This document shows positions 53,125 through 63,625 of a stretch of 64,000 nt of DNA, piece after piece; within the stretch, counting starts at the first letter, position 1; each line of letters begins with the position of its first letter. The stretch is taken from positions 22,397-86,396 of IMG/VR virus record IMGVR_UViG_3300017917_001194; one strand, written 5' to 3'. The translations under genes and the position numbers were made by a program. The DNA comes from a virus. The notes under the pieces are model-generated. The model saw only the letters and a program-made list of their open reading frames with translations. It searched no databases and had not been told where the DNA came from.

Positions 53125-54216
53125 TTATTTAGAATTTGCAATAGGTTCGAGTAAATTTTTTCTACCAGATTTGATAATTATTTCTTTTAATTCTTCTGCG
53201 GTGTATAAATCTCTTTTATCTTTTTCCACTAATTGAAATTCATCAACAAGATTTCTTAAAAAATGTAGCTCGGCAATCGATTTTTTAATTTTTATCTTAG
53301 CCAAAGTTTGTCCACCACGTAAACTGGTAAGATCTCCTGGTTTTTTAAATTCGATCCATGTGTTTGGTCCATCATCGTGATGTTTGAATAGTACTTCGTA
53401 GCCGATTCTCTCAGCTAGTGCTACAACCAGATTACCGGGAGTATAAGAGCTATAATTCATCTCAGTCAGTATAACTGCTTTTGCACGGTCACAATCATTG
53501 AATGTCATGATTAACACACCGCCTGGACGAAGTTTTTGATAAATTTCCTCAAGATACTGTTTGATAATTTCAAAGGGCTTAAAATTAAAGAAGTGGTAAC
53601 TAAAACAAAATCCAAATTGGCCATTGGGTATCTTTTCTAAGATTTCGTGATCCTCTGATTCTGTAATAACATATGGACGTAACCTACGTCGATATTCTGG
53701 TGTAAATTTTTGCATCACAGGATCTAATAAAGTATGTCTTATATCTATTAGATACAATGGATCAAACATAACCAAATCATCAATAAAATTTTCAAGCCCA
53801 GGACGAATAATCATGCCGGGATATTTCCATGATGAGTAACGTTTTAGTCTTGCTCGAAGTAATAAATCAGTTTCTTGATTAAATGTCAATCGGCGATTCA
53901 AGATTTGCTCATCGGTTTCTTTTGTTATTCCCTTATAAAGCTCGTAGCTTTTACTAAAGTAAGGTTTTTCTACTTCGCTGATTATCTTGTCAAGTTCGTC
54001 TTTCAGTGAATAAAAATTATCTCTGAATTGATCAAATTTTAAATTAATTTCATTGAAATGTTCCTTGAGTGTTTCTGTATGATTGCCTAATTGTACAGAC
54101 TGGCTCTCAACTAAGTGTATAACTTTGGTTAATTCTGATTGTGCCTGTTGCTTGACATCATTAACAATCTGCATGTCAATTTGATTACGGTAGGCTACTA
54201 GTTCGCTTAGTTTCAT
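53125..54216 (-). CDS. methyltransferase-domain protein
   Basis: LRPGGVLIMTF; start moved to MKLSEL. Confidence 0.65.
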   Translation of the reverse strand: MKLSELVAYRNQIDMQIVNDVKQQAQSELTKVIHLVESQSVQLGNHTETLKEHFNEINLKFDQFRDNFYSLKDELDKIISEVEKPYFSKSYELYKGITKETDEQILNRRLTFNQETDLLLRARLKRYSSWKYPGMIIRPGLENFIDDLVMFDPLYLIDIRHTLLDPVMQKFTPEYRRRLRPYVITESEDHEILEKIPNGQFGFCFSYHFFNFKPFEIIKQYLEEIYQKLRPGGVLIMTFNDCDRAKAVILTEMNYSSYTPGNLVVALAERIGYEVLFKHHDDGPNTWIEFKKPGDLTSLRGGQTLAKIKIKKSIAELHFLRNLVDEFQLVEKDKRDLYTAEELKEIIIKSGRKNLLEPIANSK

Positions 54217-54217
54217 C

Positions 54218-56875
54218 TTACCACTCAAACAATGTTTGGAATGTATTGTCTGTGTTAGTTGCTGATGCCAAGTCCCAATCCAACACACCCAATAAGTTGT
54301 CCACCTTGCCATCAATAACTGTGGCTTCCATTTCCGCGTCATCAAATGGTAGTTCTTTAAACCATTGTGGTAAATGCATTTCATCTGTTGGATAACCTAT
54401 ACTTGTCCACCCTAACGCATTAGGTTTCAACTTACATACAATAGTTTTCATACCATCAACAATACTCATTGAATAGTTGTCACTGTTCATCTTACGCAAG
54501 TTATTCCAGTTTAGTGCCGCACGAACGTGCCCTGGCATGTTAGTCTTGCCCTCACGTTCTTCTTTCTTGCCGTACATGGTTAAGTTGTTCACACGCTTGG
54601 GCGAACCTTTTTCCCAACCTGGGCGATCTTTAAACTCATATTTAAATGTACGAACCTTTTCAACAATACTATCACGTGTGGCACCAGTCAGTACATCATC
54701 TAAGATGTCACTTAAGAAGTCTTGAATAACTTTAGGAGTATCACTACGCTTGAGATCTAGACCCATGGCTTTTACTTTGCCGGGCTTGCCATCTACGTCC
54801 ACACGCTTGCCTTCTTTGTCAATGATCATCACAGCATAACGCTTCTTGGTAATAAACAAACCTTTTGACGCAACAACTTCTCGACCGCCTCGAATAACAC
54901 TGCCCATTTCTCTTGGACAGTGGAATGCCTGTTCCATGAATCCTGGAAAGCTCTGATTAACCTGATCAGCAATACTATCATAAAGTGCAATACAAGTTTC
55001 ATAGTTCCAAGACATACGTCCTTCTTCTACTTCCTTCTTAAGTACAGGCCAAGCAGAGAAGTAACACGAGTCTGTATCACCATAGATGATAGTTTCACCT
55101 ACGTGGTCGTATTTGCCCGTGATGCACTCATTAACGTATGCATCCATATGTTTTGCGATACTTCGCCCAGTAAGGGTAGTAGATTGCCCGATACGTTTAT
55201 CAAAAAAACGGCAACCAGGATTAAGAATGGCTCCGTATAAGCTGTTAAGATTAATTTTCTTAACCAACTGACGCTTGTCCCAGTATTCTTCATCTTCTTT
55301 GTTTGTACATTCCTTGAGCTTGGCTTGCATTTCTTTACGTTCAGCATACCAACGTTTGAGTAACCCAGGAATGATACCTTCCTTTTCAAATGTAAAAATA
55401 GTTCCGTTAGCAGAGAGACACCAGGGTTGATTACTGTCAAAAATAATCTTCCAAACTTCTGCGGCTGAGTGTACAGTTTCATCACCATCCTGCCAATCAA
55501 TGGTAATCTCTGTTCCACGTTGTTGTTCCATTACTGCTGTGTATTCTAGTGTGCCAAACAGACCTTCCCAAGCCGCGGCAAAACTCATGCCACCTCGCAT
55601 GCGTTCTTGAATATAACGATCTGTCATGGTCAGTCTAAGTTGACCGACGATGGTTTCTGGGCCCATGTTAAGTGCCCGGATCGTAGAAGGATACAGTGAG
55701 TTAATGTCGATTGATCCGATGTATTCGTGGATACCTTTTTTGGGGTAAGCAACATAGGCACCTGCGGCTTGCGTATCTTCATCTGACAATCTCTCCTTAC
55801 GGTTAGGCACTACCATTCCACGTTCGTGGGCTTCGTTAATGATCGCTTGCTCAGTTACAGCCACAGCACCCATGGTGGTTTGTAGTAGAACTGTGTTTTC
55901 GTGTGCCAGTGTGTTAGCCAAGTCTAAGAATTTTAGTCGCTTGTCTAACTTAGCCACAATCATTGTATCTTGTCTATTATAGTCAATAAACGTTTTGAAG
56001 TTTTGATTGTACAGTTGATCCAGTGTGCCTTCAAACTGCGTCTTACGTTCACCTAGCTCGTGTTCAGCAATAGCATCCAATGAGTAACTGTGACGTTCTT
56101 CATATGTGTACTTGCGATACAGTTGCATATAGTCCATATGCACACGACCAATCAAGTCAAAGGTGATGTTTTCTGCACCAAAGCGTTCAAAAGTTCTTTG
56201 CTTGGGCAGTTGATTCCATAAACAAAAACGTCTAGTGTCATCTTTACTCAACACACGAGTAATACGCATGACCATGTAGGGAATATCGAAACCTTCTGAG
56301 TTCCACCCTGACAGTGCGTCGGCATCTTCGATTAAGTCCAAGAACACACCAAGCATAGCCGCTTCATTATCAAACAACATAGTGTTAGAAAACTCACTGG
56401 CGATTTCTTCTGCGGTTTCCATGCTCATATGTTTAGGTGGAATAACCAGGGTAACCATTTGGTCTAACCAGTCTAAGTAAACTGAAATAGCCGTGATTGG
56501 ATTGAATGGGTCTTCTGGTCGACTGTAACCCTTAACCGGATCAAAGTCAACCTCAATGTCGAAAAACGCTGTTTGTAGCTTGGGTGCGTCTTGACCTTTG
56601 TAGTTGTCCTCTAGACAACGGAATATGGGATTGATATCGCTTTCATAGAGTTGCTTACCCGATTGGATACGCATTTCCTTGCGGAACTCTTTGTTGTTGC
56701 GTGTGCTGAAACGGCTTACTGGTGTGCCGTATATCGATTGGAACTTACCGCGAGGGTCATCGTAATAGAACACATAGTTAGCAGGATACTCGCGGTATTC
56801 TCTGCGACCATTAAGTCGTTCTACAACGTGAATACGATCGTGTTCTCTGTCAAATAAAGCGTCCACGTAGCTGAT
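54218..56875 (-). CDS. family B DNA polymerase (probable ATC start)
   Basis: ExoI FDIE, ExoII WNSEGFD, DINSLYPS, K..LNSLYG, YGDTDS, KKRY. Confidence 0.95.
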   Translation of the reverse strand: MSYVDALFDREHDRIHVVERLNGRREYREYPANYVFYYDDPRGKFQSIYGTPVSRFSTRNNKEFRKEMRIQSGKQLYESDINPIFRCLEDNYKGQDAPKLQTAFFDIEVDFDPVKGYSRPEDPFNPITAISVYLDWLDQMVTLVIPPKHMSMETAEEIASEFSNTMLFDNEAAMLGVFLDLIEDADALSGWNSEGFDIPYMVMRITRVLSKDDTRRFCLWNQLPKQRTFERFGAENITFDLIGRVHMDYMQLYRKYTYEERHSYSLDAIAEHELGERKTQFEGTLDQLYNQNFKTFIDYNRQDTMIVAKLDKRLKFLDLANTLAHENTVLLQTTMGAVAVTEQAIINEAHERGMVVPNRKERLSDEDTQAAGAYVAYPKKGIHEYIGSIDINSLYPSTIRALNMGPETIVGQLRLTMTDRYIQERMRGGMSFAAAWEGLFGTLEYTAVMEQQRGTEITIDWQDGDETVHSAAEVWKIIFDSNQPWCLSANGTIFTFEKEGIIPGLLKRWYAERKEMQAKLKECTNKEDEEYWDKRQLVKKINLNSLYGAILNPGCRFFDKRIGQSTTLTGRSIAKHMDAYVNECITGKYDHVGETIIYGDTDSCYFSAWPVLKKEVEEGRMSWNYETCIALYDSIADQVNQSFPGFMEQAFHCPREMGSVIRGGREVVASKGLFITKKRYAVMIIDKEGKRVDVDGKPGKVKAMGLDLKRSDTPKVIQDFLSDILDDVLTGATRDSIVEKVRTFKYEFKDRPGWEKGSPKRVNNLTMYGKKEEREGKTNMPGHVRAALNWNNLRKMNSDNYSMSIVDGMKTIVCKLKPNALGWTSIGYPTDEMHLPQWFKELPFDDAEMEATVIDGKVDNLLGVLDWDLASATNTDNTFQTLFEW

Positions 56876-56943
56876 GATAATTCTCCGATATTAGATTAGG
56901 TGTATAAATATACTTATATAGATGCTTGGTATAGGAAAAATAA

Positions 56944-57690
56944 ATGTCAATAACTCAAACAGAGGCACAGATCAATCGATGGAAAAACTCTCAAAGTAAA
57001 AGAATTGCCAATTGGAAATTAAAAGCATCAATAATTCACAACAATAAGTTTATATACGATAATGTAGTTTACAGCAATTCCCACGACAAAGTCAAGATAT
57101 TATGCCCGGAACACGGCGAGTTTGAGCAAAGAGCTTGCGATCATTTACATCAAAAACAAGGATGTCCAAAATGTTCTCATAATTTTCCAATTACCCATGA
57201 ACAGTTTGTTTTTAGAAGTAATGAACGGTATGGCAGTAAATTTACAATACTTTCTCAATTCATTGGAATCAAACATCCTATTAAATTGCACTGTAGAGAC
57301 CATGGTGAATTTACTCTTAAAAAAGCAGAAAAACATCTTGAACGTGCCGGAGGATGTCCAACATGTTGGTATCTCAGCCGATTAGAAAACTTAAAGCCTG
57401 GAAATATCAGCAAAGTTGAGAAAGACTGGTTAGATTCGTTAAATGTTCCGTTGCGGCAAGAAAAAATTATAATTAACGGGCAGACTTATCTTGTTGATGG
57501 ATTTAATCCAGTTACTGGCACAGTTTATGAATATTATGGATCTTTCTGGCACGGTAACCCAGAAAAGTATTCGCCGAATGAATATAATAGAAAAACTAAT
57601 ACAACATTCGGCGAATTGTATCAACGCACACTAATAAAAGAACAAGAAATAAAGAAACGGTACGCTCTTGTTACCAAATGGGGGCCTTAA
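56944..57690 (+). CDS. putative homing endonuclease (zinc ribbons + Vsr-like PD-(D/E)xK)
   Basis: two CP.HGEF...GCP.C modules; VDG...YEYYGSFWHG. Confidence 0.75.
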   Translation: MSITQTEAQINRWKNSQSKRIANWKLKASIIHNNKFIYDNVVYSNSHDKVKILCPEHGEFEQRACDHLHQKQGCPKCSHNFPITHEQFVFRSNERYGSKFTILSQFIGIKHPIKLHCRDHGEFTLKKAEKHLERAGGCPTCWYLSRLENLKPGNISKVEKDWLDSLNVPLRQEKIIINGQTYLVDGFNPVTGTVYEYYGSFWHGNPEKYSPNEYNRKTNTTFGELYQRTLIKEQEIKKRYALVTKWGP

Positions 57691-57947
57691 AGCGTTTTGC
57701 CTGTCATAACTAAAATTTGTTCAAGCAATTCGTGATCTGATTGTTCTTGGCCAAATGAAGCTTTGTGTGCTAGTTTAATAGCTTTTTTAAGAATAGCAGG
57801 CTTTACTTCCATTTCTTCTGCTACTGCTTTGATAGTGTCATTCAAGCCGCCTTGGAGTGTTTCAATTTCGTGCATGACCTGCATGCCCTCATTGAGGATT
57901 TGAGTTAGTTTAGCTGTTTGTTCTACTGTGAATACGCGATCTGACAT
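57687..57947 (-). CDS. small dsDNA-binding protein (T4 DsbA-like)
   Basis: helical L..TIKAVAEE...KPAILKKAIK; AGGAG RBS; family call by recall. Confidence 0.55.
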   Translation of the reverse strand: MSDRVFTVEQTAKLTQILNEGMQVMHEIETLQGGLNDTIKAVAEEMEVKPAILKKAIKLAHKASFGQEQSDHELLEQILVMTGKTL

Positions 57948-58002
57948 TTGGTTCTCCTGATTAATAACAATGTTATTGTACATAATAAAACGTTTAATGT
58001 CA

Positions 58003-58090
58003 ATAGAAGTTGCTCACTTTTGGTAAACCGGTAGCGAATCGGTTAAACCAGCCCAGCAGCCGGGCATTCGGTCCTAAGGCCAAATTCTAT
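58003..58090 (+). ncRNA. candidate multi-stem structured RNA
   Basis: ATAGAAGTTG/CAAATTCTAT, TGGT/ACCA, AACCG/CGGTT, GCCC/GGGC stems. Confidence 0.5.
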
Positions 58091-58329
58091 ACTTCTGAAT
58101 AGGGATTAACTGGAAGATCGTCAGTGGGGTCTGGATAAACAGGATAACGATTTTCATTCATTTGGGGTATACCAATCTAAATCTTTTAATTTTTCTTTAA
58201 CTTGTTGCTCGTGCCACTGTAACTCACTAGCACACATTGAAACAAATGCACTATGAGTATGCACAGACGGAGCCGAAAGAAATTTTTGATATAAAGATTT
58301 AATTAAAGAGTCTCTAAATGCTGGCATGA

Positions 58330-59319
58330 TTACTCCTTAGGCACACAGTTAGGAACTGTGCGTCCATCCTTTTGTTTGGTACCAACTGGCTTGTAACCCT
58401 TCCAACATGGATTGTCTTTAGGATCACGTAGGCCTTCTTTTACATCATCTGCGGGCAACAGGCTAACTCGTTTGTCTGAACCTTCATCACGAAGTTTCTT
58501 TTCTAAACGGTCATGAACAGCACGAGCATGCTCGTAAGTTTCAAATCTTTTCCATTTTTTACCATTAACACATACCCAGTATGGATCATACTTGCCGAAT
58601 GTTTGACGACCTTCTTCTACTGCACTTTCTTCACAATTCCAACGACGACGTGCCTTGCAAATTGCCTTGTCTGGTGTTTTTTGGCAACTGATATTATGCA
58701 TTTTCATTTGGCCTTTACTACGTGAGCAGTAGCTCTTACGACGTTTGCTAGCCTTGGAACCTTTTTTAAGTTTGCTAGGTTTAGTAGTTACAGCCGTTTG
58801 TAGTTTGCTACCTGGGTGTTCGCGACGATATGCTTTAACTGCTTTCTTACTCATACCGTCCGTACGATCTTTCTTATTAGCTTTTTGCCAATCTTCATCT
58901 ACTTGCGGATCAATGCCCTGTTCCTTTTGACTTAACAAATAATCCCAAACATTTACTAACATACCTTCTGCTTTGGCAATCTTTTCTTGCACCCACTCAG
59001 GTAAATTATCACGATCCTTGATAGTATCTATTAATCCTTCTACAGCACGAGCAGTAGTATGTAGGTTAGTATGCGCCATGCCCGCTTCGTCATCATACTC
59101 ACTATCTTCGTGGAACAAGTGTGCATCTGGAGCCACTGGTCGGCGTTCTTTTTGCCAAGTCCATTCTTTGTTGCGTTTGGCCCATTCTGTGCGTGACATG
59201 CCATATGCTTGTTCAAACTCGTCATCAGACATAGAATTACGACCTCGACTGTTTAAAAAGTCTTGATATTCAATATCAAGTTCGCTCATTTTACTTTCAA
59301 ATATTTCTTGTAGAATCAT
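58330..59319 (-). CDS. modular basic head-associated protein
   Basis: MILQEIFE start; modules LPEWVQEKI, EDWQKANKKD..., CWKGYKPVGTK...VPNCVP. Confidence 0.7.
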   Translation of the reverse strand: MILQEIFESKMSELDIEYQDFLNSRGRNSMSDDEFEQAYGMSRTEWAKRNKEWTWQKERRPVAPDAHLFHEDSEYDDEAGMAHTNLHTTARAVEGLIDTIKDRDNLPEWVQEKIAKAEGMLVNVWDYLLSQKEQGIDPQVDEDWQKANKKDRTDGMSKKAVKAYRREHPGSKLQTAVTTKPSKLKKGSKASKRRKSYCSRSKGQMKMHNISCQKTPDKAICKARRRWNCEESAVEEGRQTFGKYDPYWVCVNGKKWKRFETYEHARAVHDRLEKKLRDEGSDKRVSLLPADDVKEGLRDPKDNPCWKGYKPVGTKQKDGRTVPNCVPKE

Positions 59320-61334
59320 TTTTCCCAACCCTTTTGTTGTGCTTCTTTTTGCTTATCGAGATAACGTTGTCTAATAACTTGCTTGTCTTCATACCCAATA
59401 TCTGGATTGGCCAATAACTTAGTTAAATGATTTTTAACTTCGTGCCAATGTTTTTCACTAGTCAATGGATTATAACCGGCACGTAAGGCTTCCTTAACTG
59501 GTTGTTGTGGTTGTTTAGGTTGCTGTGACTGTTTTCCAAAAATCTTTTCAAAATCCTTAAACAGTTGTCCTAACACATCTTGGTTATTGGGTTCAACACT
59601 TTCATTACTACCGACCATCTTTGTACCTGGAGTGCCTTTGTCTGTACCTTTCCAGTAGCCTGTAAATTTAGGACCAGTTGGGTGTTCGCGAGCTTGTTGC
59701 ATAGTACCTTCGCGGATAATTACCTCTTCTCCGCGTTTCTCTAATCCACGTTTAATTTCTTCCGCTTCTTTTCGGTCGGGGTACTTGGTCAATGGACTCC
59801 AGCGATCACCTCGTTTAATCCATATCGAATAATAACCTTTTTCTTGTTTAACCGGTGACCCAGAAACGCTAATTTCGTTTTCTCGCATGTTCAATCTACT
59901 TTTTAATCTTGTACCATATTGTTTCATCCACTCAGCCGCACGACGCTCTTCATCAGGTGTAGATTGATGTGTTAATTTTTCTTTTTCTCTAGCAAGTTTA
60001 TTTTTCTTAACTAATTTTTGTGTAGCAATTTGTTTTTTTACACCGGCTAATTGGTGTTGTAAAGCAGGTAACATACTTGGTGCATATGGTATGCCCATTA
60101 ACTTACTGGCGGTACGTATGGCATCTTCATAGTCCATGCTTACACCAGCTTGACCGGCATCATACATAGCTTTGGCCGCAGTGCGGAATAACACATCTTG
60201 TAATGATTGTTCTTCTGGTTGTCCTTCAATCATAGCACCAACTTGTCCGCTACCAATATCATGTACTTCATGAACACGTCTTTCTGCACCACGTGGGGAT
60301 CTTCTAAATCCACCAGCAAGTCCAGATGGAATTTCTGCTTTCTTTAAAGGTGATCTGTATATAGGAGATTGAATGCCGCCGATGTCTGCCATACCTGCAG
60401 GAACTTCTTCCGGTTTGGCAATTTTTGCTGGTTTCTTTGCAGGTGGCGTTAATTTTGTAGTAGGGGTTACGCCTACAGCTGGTGCCACTCCGGGTTGTGC
60501 AATTTTATCTGTAGCCACGCTTACTCCTAGTTGTGGCTGAGCTTCTTTATCGGCACTTCGGCGTTGTTTCATTGCACTGAGTTTTTGTGCCAACGACGCA
60601 TTGGCTTGACGTAATTGTTGTACTGTTTGTTGTAACGAACGTTCATCGTTTTCTAAATCATCAATTTCTTTTTGTTGCGCTTGATTAATAGCAGAAATTT
60701 GCTTTAGCAATTCATCTTGTTTGAGATTTACGTTTTTCATTGATGAAATAGTTTTATCTGTTTTTTCTTGATTGACTATTTCATCTTTAACTAAGGCTTC
60801 AATATCTGTTTTGGCCGCAGGGTGACGAGCACGAAGTTTTTGTAACTCACGAGCAACTGTAATATCTTTAGCGGTACGACCTGTTAATTCGTTGTCTTTG
60901 TCTTTGAAACTTTTTTTGTCTTCTTTAAACAAGTCTAACTGTTCTGGCTCAGGTGTTTCTGGTTCAGCTTCGGGTTGATTAAAATCTAATTCAGTTTGTT
61001 TTAATCGAGCAAGTAAATTTGATATCTTATCTTGACTTACTAGAGTTCTATAGATAAAGTTTGCTCGTTCAGTCTTAGTTTTAAAACTGTCATAGTAATC
61101 GGCAATATCATTGATCTCGTCACTATTAATATGGCGATTTGTGCCATTGAGAAAACTAAGAGTAATTGGAGGATTGCCTGGAGTGTCTAACGATTTCATA
61201 ATTAATGCTAAGTTAGCATTACCTAATGCACGATTTCTTGAACCTGGTACATGTGGGCCAGAAGGAACATACTCTGCTTGTGGTCTTTGGTCTTCTGGGG
61301 TACCTGGATTTTCAAATAAATCTATAGTGTACAT
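59316..61334 (-). CDS. modular coiled-coil head-associated protein
   Basis: MYTIDLFE start; low-complexity modules separated by xxE motifs. Confidence 0.7.
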   Translation of the reverse strand: MYTIDLFENPGTPEDQRPQAEYVPSGPHVPGSRNRALGNANLALIMKSLDTPGNPPITLSFLNGTNRHINSDEINDIADYYDSFKTKTERANFIYRTLVSQDKISNLLARLKQTELDFNQPEAEPETPEPEQLDLFKEDKKSFKDKDNELTGRTAKDITVARELQKLRARHPAAKTDIEALVKDEIVNQEKTDKTISSMKNVNLKQDELLKQISAINQAQQKEIDDLENDERSLQQTVQQLRQANASLAQKLSAMKQRRSADKEAQPQLGVSVATDKIAQPGVAPAVGVTPTTKLTPPAKKPAKIAKPEEVPAGMADIGGIQSPIYRSPLKKAEIPSGLAGGFRRSPRGAERRVHEVHDIGSGQVGAMIEGQPEEQSLQDVLFRTAAKAMYDAGQAGVSMDYEDAIRTASKLMGIPYAPSMLPALQHQLAGVKKQIATQKLVKKNKLAREKEKLTHQSTPDEERRAAEWMKQYGTRLKSRLNMRENEISVSGSPVKQEKGYYSIWIKRGDRWSPLTKYPDRKEAEEIKRGLEKRGEEVIIREGTMQQAREHPTGPKFTGYWKGTDKGTPGTKMVGSNESVEPNNQDVLGQLFKDFEKIFGKQSQQPKQPQQPVKEALRAGYNPLTSEKHWHEVKNHLTKLLANPDIGYEDKQVIRQRYLDKQKEAQQKGWEK

Positions 61335-62686
61335 TATTTTTCTTCTATATAGTCAGCAGATTCATCGTGGCATCTACTGCGAGCTTTAAACATCTCTATT
61401 GCCATGCGAGCCTCATCTAAAGTTTTAAACTTTGATTTCAATGCGCGATTACCATGTCGAATTTCAAATCCTGTGTGTTTGTCACCATGTATTTCAAAAA
61501 CACGACCGTTGCCTATTTCAATGCTTTCAGAGGTAGGATTACCCCCACCGTATGTAGGATTAACTTCGGGACTCGGCGGTGGTGTAGTCTGCGGAACTAA
61601 ATCTTCATCAATATGTTTAGGTAATAAGTCTTTGTCGCCCTTGTCTTTTTTGCCAAGATCACGATCGTCTTTTTTCTTTTCTTTAATATCAGTGTCTTTT
61701 TTCTTGTCGTCAACACTGGCAAGATAGTCGTTTAATGATTTTCTAACTTTGTCTAACAACTTTTCTTCTTCTACTTTGGCTTCGCTAAGAGCTGGCGGCT
61801 CTCCTGGTAGTGTACCCGATGCGTGCCAAGGAATATCATCGGCATCAAGATTAATATCATCATGAGGAATGGTTCCAGCTTCAACTGATCCTCCAGTTGA
61901 TCCACCTTGTTCTTCTGGAGCAACTTCTTTAACAGTGTGCTTGACACCAGCACGCTTTAACATTTTACTTAATTCTTCTTCTACTGGTGGTTGACTGTAT
62001 TTCACTGGACCAAGATTTTTAGTATCATAGGGCTTCATTGGTTCTGGATCTGGAGTCCATTCATCACCAAATTCACTTTTCATTTGACGTACATAATCTT
62101 TGTAATTGATTACATCTAATGTGCTTGGAATTCTGTCTGGAATGTTGCCTTCCTTCATTCCAGGTAATGCTTTAACTACATCAGCTGGCCCCATGTCCTT
62201 TTCAGGTTGTGATTTTACTGAGTTATCAGTTCCGTTAGATGCCGCTGCTTGTGCAGTTGCTCCGGATCCAGTAGTATTAACGTTAACATTCTTATTATCT
62301 GTTTTTGGATATCCAGCTGCCCATCCTGGAGTCGGTGCAACGCCGCCTAACTTGTTAACTTCTTTCCATTTGGCCGCTACGTTTACATCGGCTTCAGCAT
62401 CGGGATTGGCAAAACGCTCGCCTTCTGGATCGTGTATAGCCAAATCTTTAGACAAGACAACCGCTTCATCAGTTTCTTCTTCCTCGCCTACTAACCAACC
62501 ATCCATTGGATGCTTTTGATAAGGTGGTTTGCTTAGAGTAGGACTGATGTCTTTGGGTTTGAACAATGCTGGCAATTGCTTGACTGATTGTTGTTGAGGA
62601 TTGAGACCATGCTTGACGGTAGTGGGAGTAACACGTCCTTCAAGTATGGCTAATCGTTCAATAATGTCTTTAATATCGTTACTCAT
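61334..62686 (-). CDS. modular acidic head-associated protein
   Basis: MSNDIKDIIERL start; VxE-delimited segments. Confidence 0.7.
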   Translation of the reverse strand: MSNDIKDIIERLAILEGRVTPTTVKHGLNPQQQSVKQLPALFKPKDISPTLSKPPYQKHPMDGWLVGEEEETDEAVVLSKDLAIHDPEGERFANPDAEADVNVAAKWKEVNKLGGVAPTPGWAAGYPKTDNKNVNVNTTGSGATAQAAASNGTDNSVKSQPEKDMGPADVVKALPGMKEGNIPDRIPSTLDVINYKDYVRQMKSEFGDEWTPDPEPMKPYDTKNLGPVKYSQPPVEEELSKMLKRAGVKHTVKEVAPEEQGGSTGGSVEAGTIPHDDINLDADDIPWHASGTLPGEPPALSEAKVEEEKLLDKVRKSLNDYLASVDDKKKDTDIKEKKKDDRDLGKKDKGDKDLLPKHIDEDLVPQTTPPPSPEVNPTYGGGNPTSESIEIGNGRVFEIHGDKHTGFEIRHGNRALKSKFKTLDEARMAIEMFKARSRCHDESADYIEEK

Positions 62687-63126
62687 TATGCTCGTGCGTC
62701 CTTAAGAAAACTCTTAATCTGCCACATATACTTGCCATGACTGTCCTGACGTTCGGCCATAAAGTTAGCAATGTCTTCACGTCCTTCGGCTTGTGCGGCT
62801 TCAAACACTTCCATAACGATTGCTTTCATTTTTTCAGTGTCTGACAATAATTCTTCTAACATTAAACGAGCTCGTGGCACTTTAGTTTGGCCACTAATTT
62901 GTGATAATTCTTGAAAACGCTCAAAACTACCAGGAGCATAATCATCGAGTGTTCTAATATACTCAGCAATTTTATCTACTGCGCCATAGGCATCTTCATA
63001 GATGTCGGCAAAAAATTCGTGCAATTGAGCAAAATCTGGACCTTCAACATTCCAGTGGAACATATGGGCTTTAAGATAGTAAGCAAAATTGCTTGCTAAC
63101 AACTGTTTTAACAAATCACTTAGCAC
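62686..63126 (-). CDS. dps: Dps/ferritin-like protein
   Basis: KAH.FHWNVEGP.F..LH, D..AE..R, H.K..W. Confidence 0.9.
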   Translation of the reverse strand: MLSDLLKQLLASNFAYYLKAHMFHWNVEGPDFAQLHEFFADIYEDAYGAVDKIAEYIRTLDDYAPGSFERFQELSQISGQTKVPRARLMLEELLSDTEKMKAIVMEVFEAAQAEGREDIANFMAERQDSHGKYMWQIKSFLKDARA

Positions 63127-63313
63127 GTTTTTTTCCTTTTAGCTTTTTCATCCAATCCGGTGTATTAGGAGTGGAGTCGTTTGTATATTTACCTGCAAGC
63201 ATAGATCCTCCTGATCTTCGTTGCATGCCCATTGGGGCAACAACTGTGGCTATTCCACCACTAGATGTAGCACCGCAAGATGCTGTTTCGACTACAAATT
63301 CGCTAGCTCTCAT
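63116..63313 (-). CDS. small hypothetical protein
   Basis: MRASEFVVE.A..GATSSG.IA. Confidence 0.7.
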   Translation of the reverse strand: MRASEFVVETASCGATSSGGIATVVAPMGMQRRSGGSMLAGKYTNDSTPNTPDWMKKLKGKKRAK

Positions 63314-63594
63314 TCGTTTATCCTTACTACATTATTTTCAACTGTTCCTGGGCCGTAATCAACTCTCATGTTTTCCACACGTATACTTGCCAAGTGCGGT
63401 GGTACTAATTCGTAGCTAATAGTGTATTCACCGGGTTCAGCTTCTATAGGAATCATTTCCTCAAGATACTGATCAGTCCATGTCCAAGTGCGTTCTGTAA
63501 ACAATTCGTCGTTAACATACACGCGATAGATAGGAGGCAATCCTTCCCAATCGCAGTCAACGTCACACAGTACACGCACAAAATTCTTGGCCAT
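63310..63594 (-). CDS. hypothetical protein
   Basis: YRVYVNDELFTERTW; CTAAATA upstream. Confidence 0.7.
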   Translation of the reverse strand: MAKNFVRVLCDVDCDWEGLPPIYRVYVNDELFTERTWTWTDQYLEEMIPIEAEPGEYTISYELVPPHLASIRVENMRVDYGPGTVENNVVRINE

Positions 63595-63625
63595 ACTGTA
63601 TTTAGTGGTATTAAATTTTAAGGGA

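Noticed and set aside
53125-54384. ORF-track 5' extension overlapping the polymerase
   Set aside because: ATG at 54216, immediately after the polymerase stop, is the more plausible start.
54218-56875. Intron or intein in the DNA polymerase
   Set aside because: Continuous frame of normal length with all motifs and no splice signatures.
61111-62519. Plus-strand ORFs opposite the head-protein genes
   Set aside because: Antisense shadows from codon bias, as are most other short opposite-strand ORFs in the track.
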